Source: Histomonas meleagridis 2922-C6/04-290x (taxonomy: Eukaryota; Protista; Parabasalia). Taken from it: a stretch of DNA of 10,333 nt. The number at the start of each line of letters is the position of its first letter. The first letter of the stretch is position 1. This document shows, one piece after another, positions 8,516 through 10,333 of the stretch. The notes under the pieces are model-generated. The model made no database searches. It worked only from the letters and a program-made list of their open reading frames with translations, and was not told the DNA's origin. The DNA lies in assembly GCA_020184695.1 (NCBI GenBank), contig JAANOX010000176.1:1-10333 (forward strand). The letters are read 5' to 3'. The translations under genes were made by a program, and so were the position numbers.

Positions 8516-9535
8516 ATGTCAGAAGTTACAATCGACATAAACGACAAATTCTGTTTAATGGACATTAGAAAAAATAAAAACTATGATTTAAACGGAGATG
8601 AAGCAATAAATGATTTAAAGAAATGTTTTTTAGTATGTGATTCAACACCTGAAGTATTTATGTTTAAAGATTATGACGCAGTGAATGATTATGTTAAAGT
8701 AAGTTATACATCAGAAAACGTTGCGAAACAAAAGCTAAAGAAAATAATTATTGGAAGAAGGACCGAAGGAAACAAAACAAAAAACGTTTCCGCTTGGGAT
8801 TTATATTTAGAAAATACAGAAATATTTACGGTAAAAGCATTAAAATTTTATTCAAATGACCCTCAAATTTTTTCTTACTTTAGAGGTTATGATTATAAAA
8901 AGCTTGATAAAGTAAAAACAGAAATTATACAACCGTTTTTAGATCACGTCAGAGAAGTAATAGCAAATGGTAATGAAGAAATTTATAGATATATTCTAAT
9001 TTGGATCGCGAGCATTCTTCAAAAACCAAATTTCAAAACTGGAGTTGCTTTAGTTATATTAGGAAATCAAGGAACAGGAAAAAATACATTCTTTACAGAT
9101 GTAATTTGCAAATTAATGGCAAGATACGCAAATGAAAATGTTACGAATATAGAATCAGTAGTCGGTAAATTTAATGCAACATTAGAAAACAAAAAATTAC
9201 TGGTTTTAAATGAACTACAAAGTATTGATACAAATAAATTTTTAAATTCCGATGCATTAAAATCTATTATAACAGATAAAACAATAAATATAAATCAAAA
9301 GAATGAACCGATGAGAGAAACAGAAAACGTTGCGAATTTTATAATGGTATCGAATAATGATGTTCCAATAAAGATTGAAAGTTATGATAGAAGATATGTT
9401 GTAACAAAAACAAATGATAAGCATTTACAAGATTTCAAATATTTTGCAAATTTAGCGAAAACATTCACGCCTGAATTTTATGAAAATTTATTTACATTCT
9501 TTATGTTAATGGACGTGTCGATAAAGCTAAAATAA
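8516..9535 (+). CDS. D5-like superfamily 3 helicase/NTPase (DUF5906-type), apparently C-terminally short
   Basis: Pre-ATPase helical segment PFLDHVREVIANGNEEIYRYILIWIASILQKP, Walker A GNQGTGKN (9062-9085), Walker B LLVLNE, LKSIITD..INQK, motif C FIMVSN and arginine finger DRRY. Intact 339 aa ORF. Confidence 0.92.
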   Translation: MSEVTIDINDKFCLMDIRKNKNYDLNGDEAINDLKKCFLVCDSTPEVFMFKDYDAVNDYVKVSYTSENVAKQKLKKIIIGRRTEGNKTKNVSAWDLYLENTEIFTVKALKFYSNDPQIFSYFRGYDYKKLDKVKTEIIQPFLDHVREVIANGNEEIYRYILIWIASILQKPNFKTGVALVILGNQGTGKNTFFTDVICKLMARYANENVTNIESVVGKFNATLENKKLLVLNELQSIDTNKFLNSDALKSIITDKTININQKNEPMRETENVANFIMVSNNDVPIKIESYDRRYVVTKTNDKHLQDFKYFANLAKTFTPEFYENLFTFFMLMDVSIKLK

Positions 9536-9551
9536 AAAAATGAAATAAAAA

Positions 9552-10310
9552 TTATTTTTGATTTTGAATTTCACCGACAAATAAATCTTCATCCTGTATG
9601 CCTTGAACAGAAATTGTTATATACATTGGATTCAGTAAATGTACTTCGTGAAGGTTTGCGTCAACGAGTGTCAACTGTATATGTGACAAATCATTAGAAT
9701 TTATGTCAATTTCAAAATCAGCGTTTGATACAATAATCGGAAAAATAGAAGAAAAAGAGTTATTGATTCTAAGAACGATTTTTGAAATGTTAATGGTTTC
9801 GTTTAAATTTCTATAAGAACTTTTTCCAACATTCGACAAAAGATATAATACTGGAGTTGATAAAGTATTTCCGACTGATTCAGCGAATATTTCAAATGTA
9901 TCTGTACCATTAAATGTTGATGGTATAGGAAGAATTTGTGAGTATAATCCTGATATTTGAATTATATTATATGAAGCATTATTTATTGTAAAGGCATTTG
10001 AAGAAGTAAATACAATTCTTCCTGCTTCGTCGACTTCAGACGTAACGCCTGATTCTTGAATTAAAGAATTCAACAGTAATATAAACGTTTGAGAGTTTAA
10101 GTCAGTGTAATCATTATTGAAATAGTATTTTTTACCGTTAATCTGTATAAAATCATCTTTCTCAATAACAACAATAGAACATTTAGTCGTTAACGATGTT
10201 ACAATCATTTTTTTTTTTTTTTTTGGCGGTGACGGTAAGTTTACGTCAATTCTATTGTAATGTTCAGCGTCGTAGGAAGAAATTGTATAATCAATTACTG
10301 CATTATACAT
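9552..10310 (-). CDS. Putative minor capsid protein (penton, single jelly-roll) of a Polinton-like element
   Basis: 252 aa, beta-rich. It follows the pattern of Polinton/virophage pentons: an insertion (DDFIQING..YTDLN..LLNSLI..RIVFTS..ISGL), then PVLYLLSN, IVLRINNSF..PII and a C-terminal SHIQLTLVDANLHEVHLLNPMYITISV (I.l.l.D...v.l.....it.v). Confidence 0.65.
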   Translation of the reverse strand: MYNAVIDYTISSYDAEHYNRIDVNLPSPPKKKKKMIVTSLTTKCSIVVIEKDDFIQINGKKYYFNNDYTDLNSQTFILLLNSLIQESGVTSEVDEAGRIVFTSSNAFTINNASYNIIQISGLYSQILPIPSTFNGTDTFEIFAESVGNTLSTPVLYLLSNVGKSSYRNLNETINISKIVLRINNSFSSIFPIIVSNADFEIDINSNDLSHIQLTLVDANLHEVHLLNPMYITISVQGIQDEDLFVGEIQNQK

Positions 10311-10333
10311 TTTATATATTGTAAAAATTTATG

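Larger units (their letters stand above)
8209..10333. mobile_element. Terminal segment of a Polinton/Maverick-like (Preplasmiviricota) endogenous viral element, continuing beyond the window
   Basis: A D5-like SF3 helicase sits next to a penton-like gene, with compact convergent ORFs 16 bp apart. The left boundary has a short-period repeat, (AC)7, and a GC-rich hairpin, and it cuts off the transposase-like frame at 8210. Integrase, pPolB, ATPase and major capsid genes are not in the window. Confidence 0.72.

Overview
Very AT-rich eukaryotic repeat and transposon region. No introns are evident in the ORFs, and the gene content resembles a parabasalid-type protist (inference only). From left to right: (1) a complex 14-18 bp variant-unit satellite (1-~3340); (2) a near full-length Mutator-like (MULE) transposase on the minus strand (3542-5649), broken by three in-frame TAA codons and one frameshift; (3) an AT-rich spacer with microsatellites; (4) a heavily frameshifted fragment of a host DOCK-family GEF gene (~6131-7599); (5) a probable pogo/DDE_1 transposon remnant (~7597-8210); (6) the probable terminus of a Polinton/Maverick-like endogenous virus (8209 to the window end). 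That last segment begins with (AC)7 and a GC-rich hairpin. It then has an inverted array of GTAAC/GTTAC pentamers that looks like an origin, a D5-like SF3 helicase gene, and a convergent putative minor capsid (penton) gene. All protein assignments come from motif recognition by eye; no searches were run.
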